Assembly (NCBI GenBank): GCA_963823555.1
Contig: CAWGMA010000001.1
Span: 800,001 to 864,000 of the forward strand
DNA: 64,000 nt
From: Candidatus Eiseniibacteriota bacterium
GTDB taxonomy: Bacteria; Eisenbacteria; RBG-16-71-46; CAVPCR01
Direction of reading: 5' to 3'
Below the pieces are notes generated by a model, which worked only from the letters and a program-made list of their open reading frames with translations, ran no database searches and was not told where the DNA came from. Position numbers and translations under genes: made by a program. Each line of letters opens with the position of its first letter. Within the stretch, counting starts at the first letter, position 1. Of this stretch, positions 34,781 through 48,685 are shown piece after piece.

Positions 34781-35890
34781 TCAATCACCATTCCCCATGC
34801 CGGGAGCGCGATCGCGCTCCTCGTCCTCGCTGGGTCGGCGGCGGCCGATCCAGCCCAGGCGCCGGAAGTAGAGGAGCATGCCGGTCGCCGTTCCTACCAT
34901 CAGCACCATCAGGACCGGATAGGCCCAGCGCTGGCGCAGCTCCGGCATGAATTCGAAGTTCATGCCGTAGATGCCGGCCAGGAACGTCAGCGGAATGAAG
35001 ATGCTGGCCATGATGGTCAGAACCTTCATGACCTCGTTCGTCCGGTTGCTGATCGAGGACAGGTAGGTGCCGAGAAGGGAACCTGCCATCTCGCGATAGG
35101 ACTCGAGCAAGTCCCCGATCTGTACGCAGTGGTCATAGCAGTCGCGGAGGTATAGCCGCGCCGTTTCTCCGAAGTAGTCGCTGTCTCCGCGCACCAGCAT
35201 GTTGATGGCATCCCGTTGCGGTCCGACGGCCCGCCGCAAACCCAGGAGCTGGCGCTTGATCCGGTTGATTTCATTGAGCGTGCTCGACTTCGCCTCGAAG
35301 ACGAGCCGGTCCTCGAGAGCCTCGAACTCATCGCCGAGTTTCTCGATGACCGGGTAGTAGCCGTCGATGACGGCGTCGATGAGGGCGTAGGCGAGGTAGT
35401 CGGCCCCGGCGTTGCGGATCGGTCCCTTGCCCTGGTCGATGCGCGTGCGCACCGGGTCGAAGACGTCCCCGTGCCGTTCCTGGAACGTCAGCACATAGCC
35501 CCGGCCGACAAAGATGCTGACCTGTTCGATGTCGAGCCTCTCATCGAGGAGCCGCACCATGCGGGTGATGTAGAGCTGATGATGGTCATAGGTCTCGGTC
35601 TTGGGTCGCTGCGGGGTGTTGACCACGTCCTCGAGAGCAAGGGGATGGATGGAGAAGCGTGCGCCGATGGCCTCGATGACACGCCGGTCCCCGAAACCCT
35701 GGACGTCGATCCAGGTCACACCGGAGGCGTCCGGAGCCGGAGGGGAGATGGACGCCGGGTCGGCAATGTCCTCGCGCTCGAGGGCGGAGCCAGAGAAGAA
35801 GATGCGCTGGATGCGCGGCGCCGGCGAGTCATGGGCGATCATCAAGGTGCCGGGTCGGGCGCCGACCGGTGGATGGCGCTTGCGAAACAC
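34781..35890 (-). CDS. corA: Magnesium/cobalt transporter CorA
   Basis: HPLALED, QRPK, GIYGMNF and MPEL motifs; two C-terminal TM helices; GTG start after GGAGG. Confidence 0.93.
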   Translation of the reverse strand: MFRKRHPPVGARPGTLMIAHDSPAPRIQRIFFSGSALEREDIADPASISPPAPDASGVTWIDVQGFGDRRVIEAIGARFSIHPLALEDVVNTPQRPKTETYDHHQLYITRMVRLLDERLDIEQVSIFVGRGYVLTFQERHGDVFDPVRTRIDQGKGPIRNAGADYLAYALIDAVIDGYYPVIEKLGDEFEALEDRLVFEAKSSTLNEINRIKRQLLGLRRAVGPQRDAINMLVRGDSDYFGETARLYLRDCYDHCVQIGDLLESYREMAGSLLGTYLSSISNRTNEVMKVLTIMASIFIPLTFLAGIYGMNFEFMPELRQRWAYPVLMVLMVGTATGMLLYFRRLGWIGRRRPSEDEERDRAPGMGNGD

Positions 35891-35953
35891 GATTCCCTCC
35901 TGCACCTCCCGACGCGCAGTGGCACGTGGAACGACGGACACCCCGCCGGCGCG

Positions 35954-37191
<1,238 letters not shown>

Positions 37192-37269
37192 GGGATCTCC
37201 TTTCCTGGGTCGCTGCAGGGCTCGGCTCGTCGGTCCATTCTACATCGAGTGTCGAGACATGGCCTCATG

Positions 37270-40118
<2,849 letters not shown>

Positions 40119-40120
40119 GA

Positions 40121-41293
40121 TCAGTATTCGCCTGGCGACTCGGTGTCGCCTGTCAGGGATGTCGTGGACTCGTTGCCGGTACCGGCGTCCGCCGGAGCCG
40201 CAGCCTCTCTGGCGATGCGCTCGAGCTCGGCGGCGGGGAGCCGATCGATGCCGGCGATCAGCGAACCGAGGGCATCTGCCGCGCTCTCGACATCAGGGGC
40301 TCCGTAGATCCCGACCACGAACGCGCCCTCGGCTCGCGCGCCCGACACGGCGCCGATGTAGCGGTCCTTGACCCATTCGACCCCCAGCTTCGTGCCGGCC
40401 GCGGTCCCGTACTCGAGGAGCCCGGTGGCGAAACGTGCTGCCAGCACCCGGGCGGCAGAGGGATCCGCTGTCGCAATGACGAAGCTCTCGGTCTGCTGGT
40501 CGTCGCCGAGCGCGGAATAGACATTGCTCGCGAACTCGAGCGAATAGCCATTCTCCGGGGTGAATGAAATGCGACCCGGATCGAATCCGAGCTCGCCCAC
40601 GAAGAGCGCGTAGGCCCAGGGCAGCTCCACCGCGGGTAACCCGGAGGCCAGGGTCTGCTTGATATGCTCGAGCTGGGCCGAGTTGCGTGGCGATTCCTCT
40701 GACCCGATCGCGCGCGCATAGTAGCGACCACGCGTCATGAGGAGCGCATTGCGGGCGAGTTGCAGGAGCCCGCCCTCGGCAATCACTGACGGCGCATCGG
40801 CGGAGCGCTCGCCGGCGAAGGCGCCGATCGCGTTCGGTGCGGTCCCGAGGTCGAAGAGCTCGATGTCGACGGTAGCCGTAGGATCCTCGTCGCTGGCGAG
40901 GGACTGGAAATAGAGATGCTCGAAGCCGAGCGCTTTGTAGAAGTCCTCTCGCCCGTCGATCTTCTCGTAGAGATTGGAGCCATCGAAGTGCGAGACGGGG
41001 CCGGCGCTCCACCCCGTTCCCGCGAGTCCCTCCGGGAGCGGACCGCGATCGGCCACGGACGGGTTCGAGGGGAGGAGGGTCGCCGAGACATCGAACAGCG
41101 CCGGGTCGGGGTGGGCGCCCTTCCATGCGATCCAGACGGCAAGCAGGGCGAGGCCGACGACGATCGCGGCGCCGATCCGGACCTCGGCCATGGAATGCCG
41201 GGGTCGGTAATGGCGCCGCCCGTGACGCACGAAGAGACGATCTTCTTTGTTGCGGGTCAGGGTCATCGGGACATGATCGGCCGCGCCACTCAT
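40121..41293 (-). CDS. Membrane-anchored periplasmic protein (DUF6599-like)
   Basis: TM helix then NLYEKIDG...Y...GF and ELFDLG...AIG.F; precedes the DUF362 gene. Confidence 0.6.
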   Translation of the reverse strand: MSGAADHVPMTLTRNKEDRLFVRHGRRHYRPRHSMAEVRIGAAIVVGLALLAVWIAWKGAHPDPALFDVSATLLPSNPSVADRGPLPEGLAGTGWSAGPVSHFDGSNLYEKIDGREDFYKALGFEHLYFQSLASDEDPTATVDIELFDLGTAPNAIGAFAGERSADAPSVIAEGGLLQLARNALLMTRGRYYARAIGSEESPRNSAQLEHIKQTLASGLPAVELPWAYALFVGELGFDPGRISFTPENGYSLEFASNVYSALGDDQQTESFVIATADPSAARVLAARFATGLLEYGTAAGTKLGVEWVKDRYIGAVSGARAEGAFVVGIYGAPDVESAADALGSLIAGIDRLPAAELERIAREAAAPADAGTGNESTTSLTGDTESPGEY

Positions 41294-41491
41294 GGGCGGC
41301 GAAGCCCAGCTCTGGGGGGAGCCGGCGATCCTAGCAGATGAGGCACGCTGCTGTCATCAAGACCAGCGCCCGCGCCTCCACGCATGGCCGGCGAGCCTCA
41401 GAACAGCCGGCGGCTGCGAGCGGGGGGCCCCTGCAGTAGAATCGGCCAGGCGGATGTCCTGAGCGCTGAAGCGGAACCGAGCGGGGAGGCC

Positions 41492-42982
41492 ATGATGCTG
41501 CCCTCACACAAGACCAAGATCGTCTGCACCATCGGACCGGCGTCGGAAGTTCCGGTGATCATGGAACGCATGTTGCGGGCGGGCATGAACGTGGCCCGTC
41601 TCAACTTCTCCCACGGGGAATTGGCCGGCCATCGGGAGATCATCCGGAACCTTCGCGCCGCAGCCCGGAATGTGGGGCGTAGGCTTGCGATCATGGCCGA
41701 CCTGCCGGGGCCCAAGATGCGGATCGGCATCCTGGCCGAGGAGCCCGTCGAGCTCCAGCCGGAGGATGCGATCGTGCTCTCGCGCGAGGAGTTCGTCGGG
41801 TCGGCGGCGAGGGTGTCTGTCTCCTTCACCCGCTTGCCCGAGGTGGTGAAGCCAGGTGACATCCTCTTCCTCAACGACGGACTGATCCAGCTCGAGGTCA
41901 AGGCGGTTCGCGGCTCGGAAGTCGAGTGCGTGGTCCAGGTCGGCGGCGAGCTCCGGTCCCGGAAGGGGCTCAACCTGCCCGGCATCGATCTCGGCATCAG
42001 CGCCTTCACTGACCGGGATCACGAGCTGCTCGCCTTCGCCGCTCGCGAGGGCATCGATGCCATCAGTCAGTCCTTCGTCGAGTCGCGAGCCGATATCGAC
42101 GCCGTGCGCGAGGCCGCGGCCGCGCTCGATTACCACCCGTTCCTGATCGCCAAGATCGAGCGCGCCAATGCGCTGCGCCATCTCGACGGTATCCTCGATG
42201 CGGCGGATGGCATCATGATCGCGCGCGGCGATCTCGGGGTGGAGGTCCCGATCGAGAAGATCGCCCCGATCCAGAAGGACATCATGCGGCGCGCCAACCA
42301 ACGCGCGCGCCCGGTCATCACGGCGACCCAGATGCTCGAATCGATGACCGCGAATCCGCGGCCGACCCGCGCCGAGTCGACCGATGTGGCGAACGCCGTA
42401 CTCGACGGCACCGACTGTGTCATGCTGTCCGGCGAATCAGCGATGGGCCGCTATCCCGTGGACGCCGTCGAGATGCTCGCCCGGATCGCCGCCGCCGCCG
42501 AAGCGGTGCGCCATCCCTTCACCGTGAGCGAGCTCTACGCGGGGATCGAGCTCAAGGGCCGGCTCCGGCCCGAGAACCTGGTGGCGCTCGGAGTCGAGGC
42601 CGCGATCGGCTACTCGGATCCCGCCGCGATCTTCACTCCGACCCTGAGCGGCGCGACGGCCAGGCGGCTCTCGGTCTTCAGGAACCCGGTCTGGATCGTG
42701 GCCGTGAGCGCGCGCGAGGAGACCTGCCAGGGGTTGGCGTTTTCATCAGGCGTTCATCCGGAATACGTCGAGTCCGAGCCGGAGGACTGGAACGCGTTCG
42801 TGCGCCGCTGGGTGCTCGATCATGGGCTCGAGGGAGACATCGCTCTCCTGACCGAAGGGCCGTCGCTCCGGCATCCCGACGCTAACAACCGCATGGAGAT
42901 TGTGTCTCTCGCGCCGGTGCTCGGGTTGGAACAGAACGGGGACAGCGATTCCGGTGTTGTGCGCCGGCCGTGGGCCAAGTAG
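41492..42982 (+). CDS. pyk: Pyruvate kinase
   Basis: KTKIVCTIGPAS, ARLNFSHG, AKIE, ARGDLG, ATQMLESM and MLSGESA. Confidence 0.97.
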   Translation: MMLPSHKTKIVCTIGPASEVPVIMERMLRAGMNVARLNFSHGELAGHREIIRNLRAAARNVGRRLAIMADLPGPKMRIGILAEEPVELQPEDAIVLSREEFVGSAARVSVSFTRLPEVVKPGDILFLNDGLIQLEVKAVRGSEVECVVQVGGELRSRKGLNLPGIDLGISAFTDRDHELLAFAAREGIDAISQSFVESRADIDAVREAAAALDYHPFLIAKIERANALRHLDGILDAADGIMIARGDLGVEVPIEKIAPIQKDIMRRANQRARPVITATQMLESMTANPRPTRAESTDVANAVLDGTDCVMLSGESAMGRYPVDAVEMLARIAAAAEAVRHPFTVSELYAGIELKGRLRPENLVALGVEAAIGYSDPAAIFTPTLSGATARRLSVFRNPVWIVAVSAREETCQGLAFSSGVHPEYVESEPEDWNAFVRRWVLDHGLEGDIALLTEGPSLRHPDANNRMEIVSLAPVLGLEQNGDSDSGVVRRPWAK

Positions 42983-43102
42983 GCTAGTGCAAGATGGCGC
43001 CGGCCCCCGGCCGGCTCTCCAAGGATGCCGCCCCCTCCGGACACCTGCGTCGGGCCCGGCCGGCGGGGAGACGGGTTCCGTCTGCAGACCCGGAGGTCCC
43101 AC

Positions 43103-44350
43103 ATGTCCTTCCTCGCGCAGCGCATTCTCAGCTGTTTGCTTGCCTCTCTCCTTGTGACCATCCTCGGTTGTGGCGACGACAATGAGCCGGCCGGCCCGGG
43201 CGCGGGCAGCGGTTCGATCGCGATCGCCACCACGACCGGCGGCGACGACCTCGACGACAACGGATTCCGAGTTCAAGTCGATACCGGGGCACCCGCTGCG
43301 ATCGGCATCAATGCCTCCGTTATCGTCGCGGACGTGTCGAGAGGGGAACATACAGTCTCGCTCTCGGGACTCTCCGAGAACTGCTGTGTCGTGGGTGACA
43401 ACCCCCGCACCGTGGCGGTGTCGGCCGGTGACACGGTGGAAATCGACTTCGTTGTCGTCTGCGCCACATCAGCGACTGGAGCTCTGGCCCTGGAGAGCAA
43501 TCGTGACGGCGACTTCGAAATCTATGCGATGAACGCCGATGGCACGGGCATGGTCAATCTGACCGACAATTCCGACCTCGAGAAGCACCCCGCATGGTCG
43601 CCTGACGGCCAGCGCATCGCGTTCGTCAGCGATCGCGATGGCGATGACGAGATCTTCGTCATGGATGCGGACGGCGGCAACGTGATTCAGCTCACGAACA
43701 ACTCCGCGGAGGATGTCCATCCAGGGTGGTCCCCCGACGGCCAGCGCATCGCCTTCCAAAGCGATCGTGACGGTGACAGCGAGATCTACGTCATGAACGA
43801 CGACGGTTCGAGCCAGGAGAACCTGACCAACCGTCCGGAAGGGAACGACGACCCCGGCTTGGATCTGTATCCCGACTGGTCTCCGGACGGAACCAAGATC
43901 GCCTTCGTCAGTTCCCGGAGCGGAGTCAGTCTCGACATCTTCGTGATGAACATCGATGGTTCCAATCCCATCAATGTGACCAATAACCCGGCCTCGGATG
44001 AAGCGCCGAACTGGTCACCCGATGGATCCAAGATCGTCTTTGCCAGCGACCGCGGTGGTAACGACGACATCTACGTCCTGGAGCTAAGCAGCCGTATTGC
44101 GACCCGTGTCACCACCCACCCCGCCCTCGACTGGTTCCCGGCCTGGTCCCCCGACGGGTCGCAGATCGTGTTCCGGAGCGACCGCGAAGGGAACCCGGAG
44201 GTGTATCGCATCGATGCCTCCGGTTCTTGTCCGGTCAATCTCACCACGGCCGGTGAGGACGGCGGAGGTGGGGGGGGCGGGGGTGGGGGGGGATCGGCCG
44301 CGAGCACGGACTGCCATCCGGACTGGAAGCCGGCGCGGCCCCGACCCTAG
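43103..44350 (+). CDS. Lipoprotein with a TolB-like PD40 beta-propeller
   Basis: ILGC lipobox, five P.WSPDG..I.F.S.R.G repeats and a poly-Gly stretch near the C-terminus. Confidence 0.85.
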   Translation: MSFLAQRILSCLLASLLVTILGCGDDNEPAGPGAGSGSIAIATTTGGDDLDDNGFRVQVDTGAPAAIGINASVIVADVSRGEHTVSLSGLSENCCVVGDNPRTVAVSAGDTVEIDFVVVCATSATGALALESNRDGDFEIYAMNADGTGMVNLTDNSDLEKHPAWSPDGQRIAFVSDRDGDDEIFVMDADGGNVIQLTNNSAEDVHPGWSPDGQRIAFQSDRDGDSEIYVMNDDGSSQENLTNRPEGNDDPGLDLYPDWSPDGTKIAFVSSRSGVSLDIFVMNIDGSNPINVTNNPASDEAPNWSPDGSKIVFASDRGGNDDIYVLELSSRIATRVTTHPALDWFPAWSPDGSQIVFRSDREGNPEVYRIDASGSCPVNLTTAGEDGGGGGGGGGGGSAASTDCHPDWKPARPRP

Positions 44351-44525
44351 GACCCGGCCCGGCCCCAGCCAGTGAATCGCCGCCCCCGGCGCGCCTGGGG
44401 CGGCGATCTTCTTGCCGCCCCCAGGCGATCCCTGGACCCAGGTATAATGCCGCCTCGGACCGGACGGTCCGTGGGTGCGGGGTCGCTAATGGCGGTGGCT
44501 CGAGAGCTGCCGGCTGTGGGAGGCA

Positions 44526-45296
44526 ATGGAGCAGATGTCATTCCCGAGGACTTGCAGGCGCATCGCCACGTTCACCGCGCTCTTGTCGATCATGGCGTGC
44601 CAGTCGACGACCGCGGCCGATCTCATCGTCGACGGCAACTTCGAGGCCAACCAGAAGAGCGCAGACTTGCGCAAGGACGCGAAGGGCCAGGACTGGTACG
44701 AGAGTCGCAAGGACGGCAAGGAGGGGCACGATCTCCTCATGCTGAGCACCAAGGACATCGCGGGGAACGCCACCAAGAAGGCCATGGTCAAGGGCGACCG
44801 CAAGTTCAACACGTACCTCACGCAGCGCTTTCCCGGCGAGCAGGCCGGCGATTTCACGGTCGAGTTCGACATCTTGGTGCGTGAGATCATGCCCGAGGAG
44901 AATCACTCCGCCTTCTTCTTCAGCGGTACCAGCACCGACAAGAAGAACGGGCCCAACTCGACCGGCAGCGAGCGATTCGTGTTCCTGGGGTTCGAGAACG
45001 CCACCGAGAAGGGGAAGATGAACCTCTTCGCGCGGGAGCGGGCCAAGAGCTGGGAGGAGAAGACGATCGTGGCCAGCGGTCTGGATCTGGGCAAGTGGTA
45101 CACGATCAGTGTCACCGTGCAGCCGAAGAAGGAGCGGTATCAGGCCATGGTCAAGGGCATGGGTGTTGCCAAGGACCTCGAGGCCTTCACCGCCAAGGGC
45201 AAGACGCCGAAGAAGCTCACCCACCTGAGCTTCGCCTCGTGGAATGACGGGGCGGGGACCTTCTACATCGACAACGTGGTGGCGCGCACGCAGTAG
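44526..45296 (+). CDS. Hypothetical exported (lipo)protein, probably a beta-sandwich
   Basis: GGAGG RBS, IMAC lipobox-like motif, DGNFE at the start of the mature domain, YIDNV at the end, and clean coding-like codon usage. Confidence 0.65.
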   Translation: MEQMSFPRTCRRIATFTALLSIMACQSTTAADLIVDGNFEANQKSADLRKDAKGQDWYESRKDGKEGHDLLMLSTKDIAGNATKKAMVKGDRKFNTYLTQRFPGEQAGDFTVEFDILVREIMPEENHSAFFFSGTSTDKKNGPNSTGSERFVFLGFENATEKGKMNLFARERAKSWEEKTIVASGLDLGKWYTISVTVQPKKERYQAMVKGMGVAKDLEAFTAKGKTPKKLTHLSFASWNDGAGTFYIDNVVARTQ

Positions 45297-45322
45297 CCTC
45301 GCCGTATCCAGTACAAGAAGAG

Positions 45323-45352
45323 GCAAGGACGGGGAGCGATCCCCGTCCTTGC
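45323..45352. terminator. Hairpin between convergent genes (probable terminator)
   Basis: GCAAGGACGGGGA-gcga-TCCCCGTCCTTGC is a perfect 13-bp stem with a GNRA loop. Confidence 0.65.
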
Positions 45353-45384
45353 TGTCATGGTTGCGACGCGGTGACCCGGCGCAG

Positions 45385-46263
45385 CTACTTGAGCAGGGTC
45401 ATCCTCTTCGTCACCGCGACCCCGGCTCCTTCGATCCTGTAGAAGTACACGCCCGAGGGTACGGGCGCGCCGGCAAGGTCCGTGCCCTCCCAGGCCACCG
45501 TGTGGTCACCGGCAACGACCTCGCCATCGATCAGGCTCCGCACCAGGGCACCTTTGGCGTCGAAGATCCGTAATGAGACGCGGCTGTCAGCGCTCAGATT
45601 GAAGCGGATCGATGTCATCGGATTGAAGGGGTTCGGCTGGTTCTGTAGCAAGCGAATCCGCTCATGCCCGGCAACCGGCTCGGCGGCAGCCACCGCCACC
45701 ACACCACCGGCCGTCTCGTGGATCGCATAGATGAAGTCGCCGAACGTGGTGCCGTCGTTGTTGGCGGCGTTCCCGGCCACGTAGAACTCGACCTGAGAAT
45801 CCGGGCCTGCGGTCCAGTCGAAGGACCACTCTCGCGGTCCCGCTGTGCCGCGCCGGGTGCCGGCGCTCGTATGCTTCAGATAATCGGGGGCCGGCGCCGG
45901 GTTGTCGCTGATCTGCGTGCTGTCCGGATCCGTGACGATGATCGTGCCGCTCGACTCGTTCTGCGCGTTGATCACGGTGAGCTCGAAGCCCCAGCGCGAC
46001 TGTCCGGGATCACTCAGGCGCACGGTGAGGCTGTAGGTCTGGCCGGCACTGATGGTTGCCGGAACGCCCAGGAGCTCGAGCTGCCCGTTCCCCGCATTGA
46101 GCGGGAAGTCGCCGTGGCAGGCGACACAGGTGAGCTGGTTCGGCGGGTTGCCCGCGTACCCGTCGGGTGGGCCGCCGCTGAAGGCCGCGCCATCCCGGAC
46201 GGCAAGAACCAGCGTGAGCGCCGTGGCCGAGAGCACGATCAGGTGCCTGCGATTCGCATTCAT
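45385..46263 (-). CDS. Secreted Reeler-like (choice-of-anchor V) protein with a FlgD-like C-terminal domain
   Basis: Signal peptide, GPP.G.AG.P...TCVACH, WSFDWTA, AGNAAN.DG...GD and the QNQPNPFNP...SGVYFYRI tail. Confidence 0.75.
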   Translation of the reverse strand: MNANRRHLIVLSATALTLVLAVRDGAAFSGGPPDGYAGNPPNQLTCVACHGDFPLNAGNGQLELLGVPATISAGQTYSLTVRLSDPGQSRWGFELTVINAQNESSGTIIVTDPDSTQISDNPAPAPDYLKHTSAGTRRGTAGPREWSFDWTAGPDSQVEFYVAGNAANNDGTTFGDFIYAIHETAGGVVAVAAAEPVAGHERIRLLQNQPNPFNPMTSIRFNLSADSRVSLRIFDAKGALVRSLIDGEVVAGDHTVAWEGTDLAGAPVPSGVYFYRIEGAGVAVTKRMTLLK

Positions 46264-46281
46264 GTTGCCTCCTGCCGTTTA

Positions 46282-48306
46282 CTACTTGACCAGGACCATG
46301 CGATCGGTGAGCACCTGACCGCCGGCTGACAAGCGATAGATGTAGACGCCAGAGCCCACCAGGTGACCGCGGTCATCTCGTCCATCCCATTCCACGGTGT
46401 GCTCGCTGGCTCCGAGCATGGCGTCGACGAGCGTGCGCACCGTGCGGCCGCTGGGGTCATGGATGGTGAGCTGGACCGGGCCGGTCGCAGGCAGGGTGAA
46501 GCCGATGGTGGTCGAGGGATTGAAGGGGTTCGGCCGCGCGGCGTGGAGCGCGAGCCGCGTCGGCGGGGCGCCGAGCGCCGTGACCGGAGCCAGGTTGAAT
46601 GTCTGGCTGCCGCCGAAGCGATCGACCGCCTCGATCCGGTAGATATAGGTCTCGCCCGGTGTCGCCGTCCGATCGACGAACTCGTAGTCGGCGGTGTCCC
46701 CGGTGCTCGGGATCATCGCGTCATTGAGGCGCGCCGGGTGTTCGCCCTCGACCGTGCGATGGATGTGGAACCCGAGGTTGTCCATCTCGCTGGTCGTACG
46801 CCAGCTGATGACCACCGCGCCGGGCTGCGCAATCGCCTCGGCCGAGGCCATCTCGACCGCAGTGGGGGCGCAGTCCTCGGGGACGAGACGGTGCACGACA
46901 CCGCCGGTTCCGAAGGGTGCCAGTTCGCTCGACCCGCAGACGTAGATCTCGCCCGCCTCGTCCTCGCCGAATCCCTTGAGGAAGAGTCCGTAGGGTACGT
47001 TGCCGGCGCCGATCCGGAATTCCCGGATCTCGTAGCTCCCGGGCTGTAGCGCGACGAGGTAGTAGAGGCGGCCCGAAGGCGTGGTGAACTGGGCTGCGAA
47101 GTCGCCGAAGACGTACTTGCCGCGGAGGGCCGAAGAGCACGAGCCGCGGTAGACGAAGCCCCCGGTGATGCTGATGCCCCCGACCTCATGGCTGTATTCG
47201 ACGATCGGGTCGAGGAGCGGCTCGCCCAGGGGGCCGGTGGTGGCGCAGGTCGCCGGCGGGACGGTGGGGTTGAGGGGGTCGAAGCAATGGAGCCCCTCCC
47301 GGATCACCCAGCCGTAGTTGCCCCCGCGCTCGACGATGTTGACCTCCTCGAAGAGGGCCTGGCCGACATCGGCGACGAAGAGGTCGCCGGTGCCGCCCGG
47401 CCCGTCGTCGAACGAGAACTTGTAGGGATTGCGCAAGCCATAGGCATAGATCTCGTCGAGGCCGGGAACGCCGACGAAGGGATTGTCGGCCGGGATCCGG
47501 TACTCGAGCCCGGGATCCTGTCCATCGACATCGATGCGCAGCATGGCGCCGAGGGCAGTCTCGATGTTCTGGCCATTGCCAATGGGGCCGTGGGACGGCG
47601 GATCGTCTGCCAGTCCGTCACCGGCGCCGCCGCCGTCGCCGAGCGTGAAGTAGAGGAAACCATCGGGGCCGAAGGCCAGCTGACCCGCGTTGTGGTTGAA
47701 TTGAGGTTCATCCACTCGGAACAGGATTCGCTCCGAGCTGGGATCCGCGATGTTGGGGTCGGTGGTCGAGACCGCATACTCGGCCAGGATCTCCTCGTGG
47801 CAGCCACGCGAGGTGCCCACACAGGGCTCGCCTGGACTTCCTTCCCGCGGTGAGCTGTGGCGGACGAAGAAGCGCCCGTTGGTGGCGTAGTCCGGGTGGA
47901 AGGCGAGGCCCAGGAGCCCCCGCTCGTCGAAGAACGTGTTGAGCATCGGGAGCCTGTCTCCGATATCCAGGAACGGCGTGGGCAATAACACGCCCTGGTC
48001 GACGATCCAGACCTTCCCGGATTGCTCCCAGATGAAGAGGCGACCTGATCCATCTCCGGCGTGGGTCACGCCCAGCGGCGCCGTGAGTCCGTCGGCGACG
48101 GTCTCGAGGGCGACCGTGATGTCCCCCTGGGGGATCTGGGCCAGGCCGGCGGTGGCCAGGGACAGGCATAGCAGCGAGCCGAGCACGACGGGCAAGGCGA
48201 TGCGCGCGGCGCGCCGGCGATGCGGATGATCTTCCCCGTTTGATTTCGGGCGCGGAATGCGGTCGAGGACGAGGGCCTGCTTCCGGGACATTGAGCTCTT
48301 CACCAT
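46282..48306 (-). CDS. Secreted PQQ-dependent glucose/sorbosone dehydrogenase-family protein with a FlgD-like C-terminal domain
   Basis: ERGLLGLAFHPDY, NHNAGQLAFGPDG, YGLRNP, ADVGQ...EE, NYGW and a PNPFNP tail. Confidence 0.88.
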   Translation of the reverse strand: MVKSSMSRKQALVLDRIPRPKSNGEDHPHRRRAARIALPVVLGSLLCLSLATAGLAQIPQGDITVALETVADGLTAPLGVTHAGDGSGRLFIWEQSGKVWIVDQGVLLPTPFLDIGDRLPMLNTFFDERGLLGLAFHPDYATNGRFFVRHSSPREGSPGEPCVGTSRGCHEEILAEYAVSTTDPNIADPSSERILFRVDEPQFNHNAGQLAFGPDGFLYFTLGDGGGAGDGLADDPPSHGPIGNGQNIETALGAMLRIDVDGQDPGLEYRIPADNPFVGVPGLDEIYAYGLRNPYKFSFDDGPGGTGDLFVADVGQALFEEVNIVERGGNYGWVIREGLHCFDPLNPTVPPATCATTGPLGEPLLDPIVEYSHEVGGISITGGFVYRGSCSSALRGKYVFGDFAAQFTTPSGRLYYLVALQPGSYEIREFRIGAGNVPYGLFLKGFGEDEAGEIYVCGSSELAPFGTGGVVHRLVPEDCAPTAVEMASAEAIAQPGAVVISWRTTSEMDNLGFHIHRTVEGEHPARLNDAMIPSTGDTADYEFVDRTATPGETYIYRIEAVDRFGGSQTFNLAPVTALGAPPTRLALHAARPNPFNPSTTIGFTLPATGPVQLTIHDPSGRTVRTLVDAMLGASEHTVEWDGRDDRGHLVGSGVYIYRLSAGGQVLTDRMVLVK

Positions 48307-48541
48307 GATGGCCTCCGCAGTGGTTCTGCACGCTCCGTGCAGACAGTGATGGGCCGCGATCCCGGTTCTTCCGGTGGGTTACGGCTGACGCCGGGTCCGC
48401 GCCTCACCTGGATTTCGGGGGGCAAGGAGCACGCGGGACAAGGCTCCTGGATCACCGACGGCGCCGGGCGGGAGCTGATACACGCCGGGAACGGGTGGCA
48501 GCCATAGCCTGAGGGCTGGATCTTGACCGGGGCGCGGAGGT

Positions 48542-48570
48542 TTGACGGATCCCGACGCGAAGCGTAGACT
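48542..48570 (+). promoter_or_regulatory. Putative sigma-70 promoter of M14 peptidase copy 2
   Basis: TTGACG-N17-TAGACT. Confidence 0.55.
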
Positions 48571-48685
48571 AATTTCGGTCCCCGCCGTCACTTGCCGTGC
48601 CGAGCGGTCCGCACTCGGGCGCCCCGGGGCGGCTTCACCCGCCGGGCCTGCGCCTCTTCACCGTTTGCCAGAAGGAGACTCTCTG

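Noticed and set aside
43500..44230. Periodic nucleotide repeats; similar ones occur at 17450-18260
   Set aside because: They are coding beta-propeller repeats (PD40, Ycf48/BNR), not CRISPR repeats with spacers.
44261..44293. G-rich run encoding poly-Gly; considered as a phase-variation tract or G-quadruplex
   Set aside because: The frame is intact and reads as a linker before the last propeller strand. There is no evidence of switching, and homopolymer lengths may be unreliable.
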